A stretch of DNA of 64,000 bases, from NCBI GenBank assembly GCA_965237445.1, contig OZ250142.1, positions 176,153 through 240,152 on the forward strand, in the 5' to 3' direction. Both the position numbers and the translations under genes were made by a program. Of this stretch, positions 18,210-27,337 are shown piece by piece (position 1 is the stretch's first letter; the number at the start of each line of letters is the position of its first letter). Source of the stretch: Dehalococcoidia bacterium (GTDB lineage Bacteria; Chloroflexota; Dehalococcoidia; Lucifugimonadales; G963668185). The notes beneath the pieces were generated by a model. It ran no database searches and had not been told where the DNA came from. It saw nothing but the letters and a program-made list of their open reading frames with translations.

Positions 18210-18647
18210 ATGAAACTTTACACAATCGGTTTCACCGGAAAGACCGCACGGGAGTTCTTCGGCCTGCTCAACGGGGCGGACGCACGATACCTGGCAGACA
18301 TCCGGCTCAGGAACAACTCCCAGCTCGCAGGGTTCACGAAGCGGGGCAACATCGAGTACTTCACCGAGAGGCTAACAGGCATGACGTACGTGGAGCTGCC
18401 CTTCCTCGCCCCGAGCGCGGAGATGTTCAAGCACATAAAGAGCGGAGGCGAATGGGGCCTCTACGAACGAAGGTACGCGACGCTGATGCAGGAGCGTGAC
18501 GGCGCTGGGCAGTTCCCGGCCGGGCTCCTAGACAACGGTGTGGTACTGCTATGCGCGGAGCGCACTCCCGACCAGTGTCATCGCAGGTTGGCGGCGGAGC
18601 ACCTGAAAGCGACGCGGTTCCCTGACCTGGAGATTGTGCACCTGTAG
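18210..18647 (+). CDS. DUF488 family protein
   Basis: 145 aa with MKLYTIGFTGKTAREFFGLL and a C-terminal CAERTPDQCHRRLAAEHL, typical of DUF488. Confidence 0.75.
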   Translation: MKLYTIGFTGKTAREFFGLLNGADARYLADIRLRNNSQLAGFTKRGNIEYFTERLTGMTYVELPFLAPSAEMFKHIKSGGEWGLYERRYATLMQERDGAGQFPAGLLDNGVVLLCAERTPDQCHRRLAAEHLKATRFPDLEIVHL

Positions 18648-18729
18648 CTACATCGACCGCGGCGACTATCACACTGTTGCAGCCAAATGACGCAGCGGTC
18701 TTGTTTGGAGCATTTAACCGGCGAGAGGT

Positions 18730-19236
18730 TTGCCAATGCCCGGAACCCGCGAACATCCCACTCCCCGGCCAGCGGCGCGTGTGATCGTGCTGGACGGCTG
18801 CGGCAAGGTGCTCCTGTTTCGCGCCGCGTTTCCCGACTCGGTCGACGTCAGGCTATGGATCACGCCGGGCGGCGGCCTCGAGCCGGGAGAGACGCACGAA
18901 CAGGCTGCGCATCGAGAGCTGCGGGAGGAGACTGGGCTGTCGGACGTGACCCTTGGTGCATGCGTCTGGACAAGGCGACACGTCTTCTGGTGGATCGATG
19001 CGTGGATTGAACAGCTGGAGCGGTATTACCTGCTCAGGGCGCCCGGCATCGTCATCACGCCGCCGCCCTTGGACGTGCTGAAGAAGGAGTACCTGCTGGA
19101 ACACCGCTGGTGGAGCATCGCGGAGATTACGGCTGCGGCACGTACGGAGACGTTCGCGCCCAGAAGACTGCCGGAGCTTCTGCGGCCGCTAGTCGACTGC
19201 TGTGTACCGGAGACACCGATCGACGTCGGGATTTGA
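18730..19236 (+). CDS. NUDIX hydrolase
   Basis: 168 aa with the Nudix box GGGLEPGETHEQAAHRELREETG. Confidence 0.85.
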   Translation: MPMPGTREHPTPRPAARVIVLDGCGKVLLFRAAFPDSVDVRLWITPGGGLEPGETHEQAAHRELREETGLSDVTLGACVWTRRHVFWWIDAWIEQLERYYLLRAPGIVITPPPLDVLKKEYLLEHRWWSIAEITAAARTETFAPRRLPELLRPLVDCCVPETPIDVGI

Positions 19237-19304
19237 TGGGCGCGGCAATATTTGCGCTCTGAGCCAATGTCGCGGGCAGATGTGCGCCAGCAAGCATTCT
19301 GCAA

Positions 19305-19333
19305 TGATATACTAGTTTAACATTGGTCTAGTA
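19305..19333 (+). promoter_or_regulatory. extended -10 (TGaTATACT) overlapping a TACTAG-N12-CTAGTA inverted repeat upstream of vapBC
   Basis: TGATATACT at 19305-19313. The inverted-repeat arms are at 19310-19315 and 19328-19333. This is a plausible VapB autoregulatory operator. Confidence 0.4.
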
Positions 19334-19356
19334 GTAAGGCATTGGGGGAAGGCAAC

Positions 19357-19629
19357 ATGCAGCAGATCTCAACTACCATCACACAGCGCAATCAGGTAAC
19401 GATCCCTACCGCAGTGCGACGGCTCCTCGGGTTAAAGGCTCGAGACAAGGTCACATTCACAATAGATGACGGCGGTGAAGTACGCCTTTCCCCTACTGCT
19501 TTTAGTCTCGAAACGGCCTTTGGCTCCGTGAAGCCTTCGGGAAGAGAGACCATCGACTTCAAGGAGATCATCCGCGACGCGAAGGAAGGGAAGGCTGAGG
19601 ACACCGTCCGCAGCCTGAAACGTGCATGA
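19357..19629 (+). CDS. vapB: AbrB/MazE/SpoVT-family antitoxin (VapB)
   Basis: 90 aa from ATG 19357, preceded by a GGGGGAAGG RBS. The looped-hinge-helix-type N-terminus is TITQRNQVTIPTAVRRLLGLKARDKVTF. It overlaps vapC by 4 nt. Confidence 0.8.
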   Translation: MQQISTTITQRNQVTIPTAVRRLLGLKARDKVTFTIDDGGEVRLSPTAFSLETAFGSVKPSGRETIDFKEIIRDAKEGKAEDTVRSLKRA

Positions 19630-20039
19630 AGTTCGTCGATACCAACATCTTCATCAGATACCTGACCAGAGACGACGAGTCTAAGGCTCAAGCCTGTTAC
19701 AAACTCTTCCAGCAGGTCAGGGAAGGTGACGAGGAACTCTTCACTACTGAAACAGTAATCGCGGAGATTGCCTACGTGCTTTCTTCCCCCAGGTCTGGCT
19801 ATCGATTGGGCCATGAAGAGATCCGAGACAGACTTCTGCCGGTTCTAACGCTACGCAATCTCAGAATTCCGACTAAGGGAATTATCCTACGGGCTCTGGA
19901 CGTCTATGCAACATCCCCGTCGCTCGACTTTGAGGATGCCTCGGCTGTTGCACATTCGGAGAGGCAGGGAGTGACTGAGATAGTGAGCTATGACAAGGAC
20001 TTCGACCTGATTCCGGGCATTCGAAGGCTAGAGCCTTAG
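19626..20039 (+). CDS. vapC: PIN-domain ribonuclease toxin (VapC)
   Basis: 137 aa with MKFVDTNIFIRYL (first acidic residue), TETVIAEI, and FEDASAVAHSE near the C-terminus. Confidence 0.85.
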   Translation: MKFVDTNIFIRYLTRDDESKAQACYKLFQQVREGDEELFTTETVIAEIAYVLSSPRSGYRLGHEEIRDRLLPVLTLRNLRIPTKGIILRALDVYATSPSLDFEDASAVAHSERQGVTEIVSYDKDFDLIPGIRRLEP

Positions 20040-20080
20040 TCCATCCCGGGCTTCAACCGCCTTTGACTGGATCGCTCAGA

Positions 20081-21067
20081 CTAGCCGAAGGTCAGTCCCA
20101 CCTTGAGTGCCCCGTCCGCCGGATTGTGGGCGAGGTCCAGGGCTTCCTGAACTCTCTCTAACGGGAATCGATGCGTGGTTAGCGGGGCGACGTCGATCTC
20201 CCCTTCCGCGATCATGTGCAGAGCGGTCTCGAAGTCCGGCAGGCCGGGTTCGTCCTGCGCGCCGAAGACCGCGTTCATGGTTACCCGCCTGCGAAAGAAC
20301 GTGTCCCACTCGAACGACACCGGTTCGTTCGATTCCGGCAGACCGAAGGCGCAAACGTGGCCCTGCTCGCGCACGATGTTCAGTGCCTGGTTCAACGTTG
20401 AAACGCTGCCAACGGCCTCGATTACAAGATCGGCGCCCTGCCCACGCGTGAGGTCAAGGACAGCGTCCGTAGCAGCGCGACCCGTCACGTCGATCGCCTC
20501 GTCCGCGCCCATGCGCAAGCCGGCCTCGCGTCTGGCGTCAATCGGCTCAACCGCGATCACACGAGCCGCGCCCATGCGTTTGAGCATAAAAGCGTGGAAC
20601 AGGCCCACCGATCCCTGTCCGATTATCGCGGCCGTCTTGCCCTCCACGGGCGGCAGGCGCTTGCAGCCGTAGACCACGGTGCCAAGCTGCTGGGCCATCA
20701 GCAGATGATCCAATGGCAGACCCGCTGGGAGCTTGAGCAGGTACTTCGAGTCGATGGCCTGGTAGTCGGCGAACACCCGGGCCGTGAAGATGCTGGGCGC
20801 CGTGAGGACGAGGTCGCCTCGAGTCAGCCCCGAACTTCCCTCGTCGGCAACCACGCCGACGCCCTCGTGCCCGGGCACGCCGGGCGGCAGCGGGTACTCG
20901 CCGACGTTCCAGCCCATGTAAATTACGTGAAGGTCGCTGCCGCATATCGAAGCGGACAGCGTCTTGACGAGCACCTCATCGCCGTCAATTTCAGGAACGG
21001 GAATCTGCTGGCATTCCACTTTCCCGGGACCGACCGCCACTGCCGCTTTCATCTTGTTCACTTGCAC
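20081..21067 (-). CDS. zinc-dependent alcohol dehydrogenase family (threonine/sorbitol dehydrogenase-like)
   Basis: 328 aa with the catalytic Zn motif ASICGSDLHV ... GHEGVG and the Rossmann motif IIGQGSVGL. Confidence 0.85.
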   Translation of the reverse strand: MQVNKMKAAVAVGPGKVECQQIPVPEIDGDEVLVKTLSASICGSDLHVIYMGWNVGEYPLPPGVPGHEGVGVVADEGSSGLTRGDLVLTAPSIFTARVFADYQAIDSKYLLKLPAGLPLDHLLMAQQLGTVVYGCKRLPPVEGKTAAIIGQGSVGLFHAFMLKRMGAARVIAVEPIDARREAGLRMGADEAIDVTGRAATDAVLDLTRGQGADLVIEAVGSVSTLNQALNIVREQGHVCAFGLPESNEPVSFEWDTFFRRRVTMNAVFGAQDEPGLPDFETALHMIAEGEIDVAPLTTHRFPLERVQEALDLAHNPADGALKVGLTFG

Positions 21068-21073
21068 CGTCCT

Positions 21074-22450
21074 CTATGGCTCGACGAGGCGGTAGATCCG
21101 TCCCCGCTCTCCGTAATCAAGGATGTACAACTCTTCACCAGGGCCTTTCCCAAAAGAAGAAATGCTGAGATCGGTATCGGCAAGCAGAGTGTGCTCTGTC
21201 ACCGCCGAACCGTCGTATTTAAGTGCCCAGATCTTGCCGCTGCAGAAGTCTCCGTACACGTACGCGCCGAACAGCGATTGAAGCCGGTCGCCACGGTACA
21301 CGCGGCCGCCGGTGACCGAGCACCCGTCGGAGCGGCCGTACTCTAACACGGGTGGCTCCAGGCCCGCGAGATCGCACTCCTGGCCGCCGCTCGGATAGCA
21401 GTTCGCGCCCTCCGTTGTGTTCCAACCGTAGTTGCGCCCGGCCAGCACGATGTCGATCTCCTCAAAGCGGTTCTGGCCAACATCTGCCGTCCAAAGAAGA
21501 CCGGTCTCGCCGTCGAAGGCGAAGCGCCAGGGATTGCGCAGGCCATACGCGAAGATTTCCGGACGGCCCGCCTCGCCGTCCGCGAACGGGTTGTCCGACG
21601 GAATGCCGTAAGCGCCGTCTTGGACTGCTGCGGAGACATCCAGCCTCAATATCGTGCCGAGCAAAGTGTGCGAATCTTGTCCGTTGCCGAGCCGGTCCCC
21701 GGCTCCGCCGCCGTCGCCTAGAGCCACATACAGAAAGCCGTCAGGTCCGAACGCGATCTGGCCGCCATTGTGATTGGAGAACGGCTGCAGCACCTCCAGG
21801 ATCGTTTCGCCTGACGTGGAATCGGGGACCGTGCTGGTCGACAGGTCCGCCTTGTACCGAGCGACAACCGATCTGCGAGGGTTGGGCGCCGTGTAGTAGA
21901 CATATAAGTGTCCGGATTCCGCATAGTCCAGCGCGAACGCCAGTCCTAGCAGACCTTCCTCGGAGCCGCGCGTGAGCGCCAAATCGCGTATGTCCAGGAA
22001 GACATGCGAGTCGGTCACGCTACCCGAGTTCTCGAATGCACGAATGACGCCTTCCCTCAAGACCACGTAGAGCCGCCCATCGTCTCCCTGAGGGAGTCTC
22101 AGGTCCACCATTTCCCTAAACGTCAGGCCCGGAAATGCCGGCTCTATCTCAAGCGGCACGAGCCCGGCGGACGCAGTCGCCTCTTCGCTGACCTCGACCC
22201 CAGGCGTCGATGGCACCGAGGCGTCCGGCGGCTCAGGCCCGGACTCCTCACGACCACCGCATGCAGAAGCAAGCACGGCCGCAGTCACCGTGACAAAGGC
22301 GGCGAGCAATAGAGACGGAAAAGAACATCTCAGGGCCACCGTCAGGTTAGACAGTTGCAACTCTCGCTTTGTTCCACATTTCGCTCCACTCTCACTCGGG
22401 GTCAAACCGGCGAAACCCAATCGCGCGGACTCGGGACGTGCTGCTATCAT
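21074..22450 (-). CDS. PQQ-dependent sugar dehydrogenase (soluble glucose/sorbosone dehydrogenase-like), probable lipoprotein
   Basis: FSNHNGGQIAFGPDGFLYVALGDGG and GLRNPWRFAFD are beta-propeller motifs. The N-terminal hydrophobic segment ends in LASAC (lipobox-like). The true start may be downstream of 22450. Confidence 0.8.
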   Translation of the reverse strand: MIAARPESARLGFAGLTPSESGAKCGTKRELQLSNLTVALRCSFPSLLLAAFVTVTAAVLASACGGREESGPEPPDASVPSTPGVEVSEEATASAGLVPLEIEPAFPGLTFREMVDLRLPQGDDGRLYVVLREGVIRAFENSGSVTDSHVFLDIRDLALTRGSEEGLLGLAFALDYAESGHLYVYYTAPNPRRSVVARYKADLSTSTVPDSTSGETILEVLQPFSNHNGGQIAFGPDGFLYVALGDGGGAGDRLGNGQDSHTLLGTILRLDVSAAVQDGAYGIPSDNPFADGEAGRPEIFAYGLRNPWRFAFDGETGLLWTADVGQNRFEEIDIVLAGRNYGWNTTEGANCYPSGGQECDLAGLEPPVLEYGRSDGCSVTGGRVYRGDRLQSLFGAYVYGDFCSGKIWALKYDGSAVTEHTLLADTDLSISSFGKGPGEELYILDYGERGRIYRLVEP

Positions 22451-22527
22451 ACCCGCGCCGCTAGAGGGTACAAGCAGAATCTGAGCGGCTCATACATAGC
22501 CCCGCGAGCTTTGGAGGCAGGAACTCA

Positions 22528-23841
22528 ATGAGCTTCAGAAACGCAAGCCTGTTTCCGGTCACGGCGTCCGTCAACGATGCGGACCGCCTATCAATCGGCG
22601 GCTGCGATTCACAGGACTTGGTGAACGAGTTCGGCACGCCCCTGTACGTCTTTGACGAGGACACGCTGCGTGGCATGTGCCGCGAGTTCGTCGACGGGTT
22701 CGGTGCGCTCTACCCTGACTCACGAGTGCTGTACGCAGGGAAGGCCTTCCTGAACCCGGCAGTCGCCAAGCTGGTGCACGAGGAGGGTCTAGGTATCGAC
22801 GTCGTCTCCGCTGGTGAGCTGGCGGTCGCGCTGGCTGCGGACCTGCCGGCCGACTGCGTATACTTCCATGGCAACAACAAGACGCGGGAAGAGCTTGAGA
22901 TGGCGATCGAGGCCGGCATCGGCCGCATCGTGATCGACAGCTTCCACGAGCTCGAACTTCTGAACGATCTGCTCGTTGCTGGGAATCGCAGGCAGGACGT
23001 GCTGCTGCGACTGTCTCCAAGCGTAGACCCGCACACCCACACCTACACCACCACAGGAATCCTCGACAGCAAGTTCGGCTTCTCGATTGAGACCGGCGAC
23101 GCCTCGCAGGCGATCACGCAGACGCTCGCCGCGTCTAACCTCGATCTCGTCGGCATCCACTTCCACCTCGGGTCTCCGATCTTCGAACTGGAACCGTACT
23201 CGATCGCGATTGACACGGTCCTCACGTTCCTCGAACCGTTCCAGTCAGAAGGCATGGAGCTCAGGGAACTGAGCCCCGGGGGCGGCTTCGCAATCGGGTA
23301 CGTTAGCAGCAGCCCTCCGCCGCCTATCACGGCTTACGCAGAGGTCATCACAACCGCTCTCCGCGAGCGTGCCGCGGCACTGGGCTTCGGCACGCCCACG
23401 CTTGTCGTCGAGCCGGGCCGGTCCATCGTGGGCCGCGCCGGTGTGGCGCTGTACACGGTTGGCGCTATTAAGGAGATCCCTTCGGTCCGGACTTACGTCT
23501 CGCTAGACGGGGGGATGGGCGACAACATTCGTCCCGCCCTCTACGGCTCGGAGTACGAAGCGGTCGCGGCCAACCGGATGCCCGCCGAGGCCGATACAAC
23601 CGTCACGCTTGCGGGCAAGTTCTGCGAATCGGGCGACGTGCTGATAAAGGACGCGGTGCTCCCGGCATTGACTCCTGGAGACATCATCGCCATTCCCTCA
23701 TCCGGCGCATACTCCCCTTCAATGGCCTCCAACTACAACCTGAACCCGAGGCCGGCCATGGTCATGGTCAAGGACGGTGACGCCAGGCTCATCCGGCGCA
23801 GGGAGACTTTCGAAGACATGATGCGCTCCGACGTCTGGTAG
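22528..23841 (+). CDS. lysA: diaminopimelate decarboxylase
   Basis: 437 aa with the full-length Orn/DAP/Arg decarboxylase fold and motifs YAGKAF, GIHFHLGS, LSPGGGF and CESGD. Confidence 0.9.
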   Translation: MSFRNASLFPVTASVNDADRLSIGGCDSQDLVNEFGTPLYVFDEDTLRGMCREFVDGFGALYPDSRVLYAGKAFLNPAVAKLVHEEGLGIDVVSAGELAVALAADLPADCVYFHGNNKTREELEMAIEAGIGRIVIDSFHELELLNDLLVAGNRRQDVLLRLSPSVDPHTHTYTTTGILDSKFGFSIETGDASQAITQTLAASNLDLVGIHFHLGSPIFELEPYSIAIDTVLTFLEPFQSEGMELRELSPGGGFAIGYVSSSPPPPITAYAEVITTALRERAAALGFGTPTLVVEPGRSIVGRAGVALYTVGAIKEIPSVRTYVSLDGGMGDNIRPALYGSEYEAVAANRMPAEADTTVTLAGKFCESGDVLIKDAVLPALTPGDIIAIPSSGAYSPSMASNYNLNPRPAMVMVKDGDARLIRRRETFEDMMRSDVW

Positions 23842-23851
23842 GCGGGACCGC

Positions 23852-24859
23852 ATGTGGCTCACGGTTGGACATGACAGTGCGGTCCGCTTCCTTGAGCGGA
23901 GTCACGCCGCCGAGCGCCTCGCCCACGCCTACCTGATCTCCGGAAGGCTGAGCATAGGACGGATGTCGCTCGCGCTCGACCTCGCCCGTCTGGTCAACTG
24001 CGTCGGCGAGCGGCCCCCGTGCTTGGACTGCGGCCAGTGCGACCGCGTCTCCCGGGGCCTGCACGCAGACGTGCAGATCGTCGGACTGCAGGAAAGCTCG
24101 GACAGCGGCCGGGCAAGGGTGAACATCGGCATCGACCAGGTTCGCGACTGCCAGCGAGACATAAGCTTAAAGCCGTTCGAGGGCATGTGCCGCGTAGTCA
24201 TTTTCGACGCCGCTGAGACGATGAGCGCTGAGGCCTCGAACGCTCTGCTGAAGACGCTGGAAGAGCCGCCGGACCACGTACTCATCGCTCTGTTATCTCG
24301 TGAGAATGCGCGCATACTCCCCACAATCGTATCCAGATGCCAGTCGATCGAGCTAAGACCGCCGCACGTCGAGACCATCGCGTCCCTCCTGGTTGAGCGA
24401 CACGGTGTCGACGCCGAGCGGGCCCAGGAGCTTGCAGCGATGAGCGGAGGACGGCCCGGCTGGGCGGTCCGCGCCATCTCGGAGCCCGAGCTGATGGAAG
24501 AGCGCGGGACGATAGTGCGTGAGATCGAAGAGGCCATGGGCAGCACGATGGAGGGCCGTTTCGACTACGCGAGCAGCCTTGCGTCTGAGTTCACCCGCAA
24601 TCGTGAGAGAGGCGGTCAAGTCCTTGAACTGTGGCTGGACTGGTGGCGCTCCATCCTGTTGAAGGCGGTCGGGACCGGCTCAGGCCGCGTCGACGTCGAG
24701 GGGACGGCGCTGACGGTCCGCGAAGTCGCAGCGGCGATCAAGGCCGTGCTGGAGGCGCGTTCTAACCTCGAACGAAACGTGACCTATCGGCTAGCGACAG
24801 AGCAGATGATGCTGCAGATGCCTTACGTTGATATGGCTTCGAAGGAACTCTCACCGTGA
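23852..24859 (+). CDS. holB: DNA polymerase III delta-prime subunit
   Basis: 335 aa with HAYLISG, the zinc-module-like CLDCGQCDRVSRGLHADV, and an SRC-type motif (IVSRCQSIELRP). Confidence 0.85.
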   Translation: MWLTVGHDSAVRFLERSHAAERLAHAYLISGRLSIGRMSLALDLARLVNCVGERPPCLDCGQCDRVSRGLHADVQIVGLQESSDSGRARVNIGIDQVRDCQRDISLKPFEGMCRVVIFDAAETMSAEASNALLKTLEEPPDHVLIALLSRENARILPTIVSRCQSIELRPPHVETIASLLVERHGVDAERAQELAAMSGGRPGWAVRAISEPELMEERGTIVREIEEAMGSTMEGRFDYASSLASEFTRNRERGGQVLELWLDWWRSILLKAVGTGSGRVDVEGTALTVREVAAAIKAVLEARSNLERNVTYRLATEQMMLQMPYVDMASKELSP

Positions 24860-25071
24860 ACATGGCCGGCGTCCGGTTCAGCCCGTCCGGTCAGGTGCAC
24901 TTCGTGGACCCGGCCGGTCTCGCCCTGCGCGTCAACGACCGCGTCCTCGTGGAGCAGGAGTTTGGGAGCCGCGAGGCCAAGGTGATCGTCGAGCCGGGCC
25001 AGTTCTTGCACTCGGACCTCCGAGGCCCAATGTTCCGGGTGCTTGAGAAGGTTGCGTCTGCCGAAGGCTGA
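24856..25071 (+). CDS. RicT/YaaT (PSP1)-like N-terminal fragment
   Basis: 71 aa. MAGVRFSPSGQVHFVDPAGLALRVNDRVLVEQEFGSREAKVIVEPGQ matches the N-terminus of YaaT-type proteins, which follow holB in Firmicutes. The PSP1 domain itself is absent. Confidence 0.5.
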   Translation: MNMAGVRFSPSGQVHFVDPAGLALRVNDRVLVEQEFGSREAKVIVEPGQFLHSDLRGPMFRVLEKVASAEG

Positions 25072-25094
25072 AAGGCTGCCCGCGAGGGATCTCG

Positions 25095-25604
25095 CTAGCT
25101 TGCCCAAGGTATGAACTGGCGCCACTCAGTGAGTATCGGCCGATTGTCGAACACATGAAACGGGTTCGGCTTAGGGGCCTTGGCCGGCCTCAACAGCCTC
25201 ATGCTCGCCTCCCTCGGTGTCCGGCCCGCCTTCCTATGATTGCAGGGTATGCAGGCCGCCACAACGTTCTCCCACTCGTGCGGGCCCTGCCGCGACCTCG
25301 GCACGACGTGGTCCAAAGTAAGCTGTCGCGCATTGTCGCCACAGTACTGGCACCGGCCCTCGTCCCTGTGGAACACCGCCCGGCGGGAAATCCTGCGCTG
25401 CAGGATGGGCCGCTTGACCAGATGCATAAGGCGGATCACAGACGGGATCGGAAACGTGGCTGTTACGGTGCGGATGTCTCCCTTGCCGTTCTCCAGCATC
25501 TCGGCCGTGCCGCGATCGACCAGAGTCACCGCACGGCGGGCGTTGCAGATGTTCAATGGCACATAATTCTGGTTAAGCACCAGAACTGGAGTGTTTACCG
25601 GCAT
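25095..25604 (-). CDS. HNH endonuclease
   Basis: 169 aa with CQYCGDNARQLTLDHVVPRSRQGPHEWENVVAACIPCNHRKAGRTP (the HNH/zinc motif). Confidence 0.85.
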   Translation of the reverse strand: MPVNTPVLVLNQNYVPLNICNARRAVTLVDRGTAEMLENGKGDIRTVTATFPIPSVIRLMHLVKRPILQRRISRRAVFHRDEGRCQYCGDNARQLTLDHVVPRSRQGPHEWENVVAACIPCNHRKAGRTPREASMRLLRPAKAPKPNPFHVFDNRPILTEWRQFIPWAS

Positions 25605-25674
25605 GGAACGTTGCGTGGTCTGGGCGAGAATCCTTTCAAACTATCTTAACGCACGCTCGTAGTCCGCGCACTAG

Positions 25675-26295
25675 CTAGGAGGCACCGGCCTCATCCATGA
25701 CCTCTTTCAGCATGTCCAGTCCTGTGGCGAACCGGCCGGGCGCCAGTCCGAAGGCATCGGCAGGGATGGCGTCGATCACTCTGACAACCGCCCTTGATAT
25801 GGACGACCCCGTCAGGAGTTCTTCCAGGTTCTCCCTTGACTCAATCGACTCCGGGATCTTTGACGAGAACTGTCCCGCAATTCCGTTGGAAGACGCATCC
25901 TCGTAGGCATAGGTCAGGCGGGCTAGTCCAACGATGGCGCCGGCGCATAGAAGTAGGCCTAGCAGCAGTCCCATCGCCAGCCCGCCCAATCTGTCCACCA
26001 ATGCCGACAGTCCCACTGTCAGGAACTTCAGGAGGGGCCTGATTACGCGCCAGACAATCGCGGCCCCTGCGAGGGACGCGGCCATGATGACTCCGTAAAC
26101 GATGAAGCCAATCCAGGACTGACGTTCCGGATCGTCATCGATCAGCCCCGCTATCAGCAGAGCAAACTGACTACCGAACGTCCAGCCGAGGTACAGGGCG
26201 ACCACGCCAACTATCATACCCAGCAGGCCATTCTTGAGGCCGATGTACCCGGCCCCGGCAAGGACTACCAGGAACGCGATATCGAGCCAGTTCAA
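25675..26295 (-). CDS. cvpA: CvpA family membrane protein
   Basis: 206 aa. MNWLDIAFLVVLAGAGYIGLKNGLL is followed by 4 TM helices, typical of colicin V production protein. Confidence 0.75.
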   Translation of the reverse strand: MNWLDIAFLVVLAGAGYIGLKNGLLGMIVGVVALYLGWTFGSQFALLIAGLIDDDPERQSWIGFIVYGVIMAASLAGAAIVWRVIRPLLKFLTVGLSALVDRLGGLAMGLLLGLLLCAGAIVGLARLTYAYEDASSNGIAGQFSSKIPESIESRENLEELLTGSSISRAVVRVIDAIPADAFGLAPGRFATGLDMLKEVMDEAGAS

Positions 26296-26311
26296 TTAAC
26301 GAAGGGGCAGT

Positions 26312-27271
26312 CTACTGCCTAGGAGCCTGCGGTGGCACAGGATTGATCAGCCCATTGGAGATGGAGATGGGCATAACGTCCTCCAGCTCGTCCAGCGTCC
26401 AGCGACCGTTCTTGTGGATGCTGCGGAGCACGTGCCTGGGCGAGTACAGAGACATGACCCAGCCGCTCGTGCCGATCACCTGGCCGGTCAGGCTGCCTCC
26501 CGCGTCAGAACACAGGTAGACGGTCTTTGGCGCGTTGTTGGCCGGGTCCCTTGCCTCTACCGGGCCTTGAATCGGCGCGCCCTGCGCCTGCATCGTGCCC
26601 GCCGCAGCCGTGGCCGCCTGCTGCCGCTCCTGCGACTTGATCTGCCGGGACCTGTCAGGCACCGTGGCCGTCATTCTCGTGCTTCCGCCAGGGTAGACGG
26701 CGTTCACCGTGATGCCGTGGGGCGCAAGCTCCCTGGCAAGCGAACGGGCCATGCCGACCATGCCCTCCTTGGCGGCCGAGTAGTTGCTCTGGCCGGTTGA
26801 GCCGAGCCCGGAACCGGACGAGAACAGCACGATGCGGCCATGCTTCTGCCTCATCATGTGCGGCGTGGCGTGCCTGACCATGTTGAAGGCCCCGTACAGG
26901 TGTACGTCGAGCACGCCGTCCCACTCCAGTTCGGTCATGTTGAAGATCATGCGGTCCCGGAGGATGCCTGCCACGTGGCACACTATGTCCAGTCTGCCGT
27001 ACTTGTCTATCGCGGACTGAACGACTTTGCCGGCCGTGTCGAACTCAGCAACTGAGTCGAAGTTTGCGGTGGCCTCGCCGCCGTTTTCCCTGATCTCGGC
27101 GGCAACCTGCTCGGCAGGGGCGTCGGACGTTCCCGTACCGTCCACGGCGCCGCCCAAGTCGTTCACGACGACCGATGCGCCGTCAGCGGCAAGCCACGTT
27201 GCCACTTCCGCGCCGATTCCTCGACCGGCTCCCGTCACTATCGCGACTCTGCCTTCCAATCTCTTACCCAT
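26312..27271 (-). CDS. SDR family oxidoreductase with a ~70-aa C-terminal extension
   Basis: ATG 27271 is preceded by a GGAG RBS. Motifs are VTGAGRGIG, NDLGG and YSAAKEG. It is a paralogue of the adjacent gene. Confidence 0.8.
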   Translation of the reverse strand: MGKRLEGRVAIVTGAGRGIGAEVATWLAADGASVVVNDLGGAVDGTGTSDAPAEQVAAEIRENGGEATANFDSVAEFDTAGKVVQSAIDKYGRLDIVCHVAGILRDRMIFNMTELEWDGVLDVHLYGAFNMVRHATPHMMRQKHGRIVLFSSGSGLGSTGQSNYSAAKEGMVGMARSLARELAPHGITVNAVYPGGSTRMTATVPDRSRQIKSQERQQAATAAAGTMQAQGAPIQGPVEARDPANNAPKTVYLCSDAGGSLTGQVIGTSGWVMSLYSPRHVLRSIHKNGRWTLDELEDVMPISISNGLINPVPPQAPRQ

Positions 27272-27337
27272 GTTCACGCTCCATGTTCGCATGCGGCACG
27301 CCTGGTAGCAGCCGCCCTGAAAGCTGCGTAGTTATGA

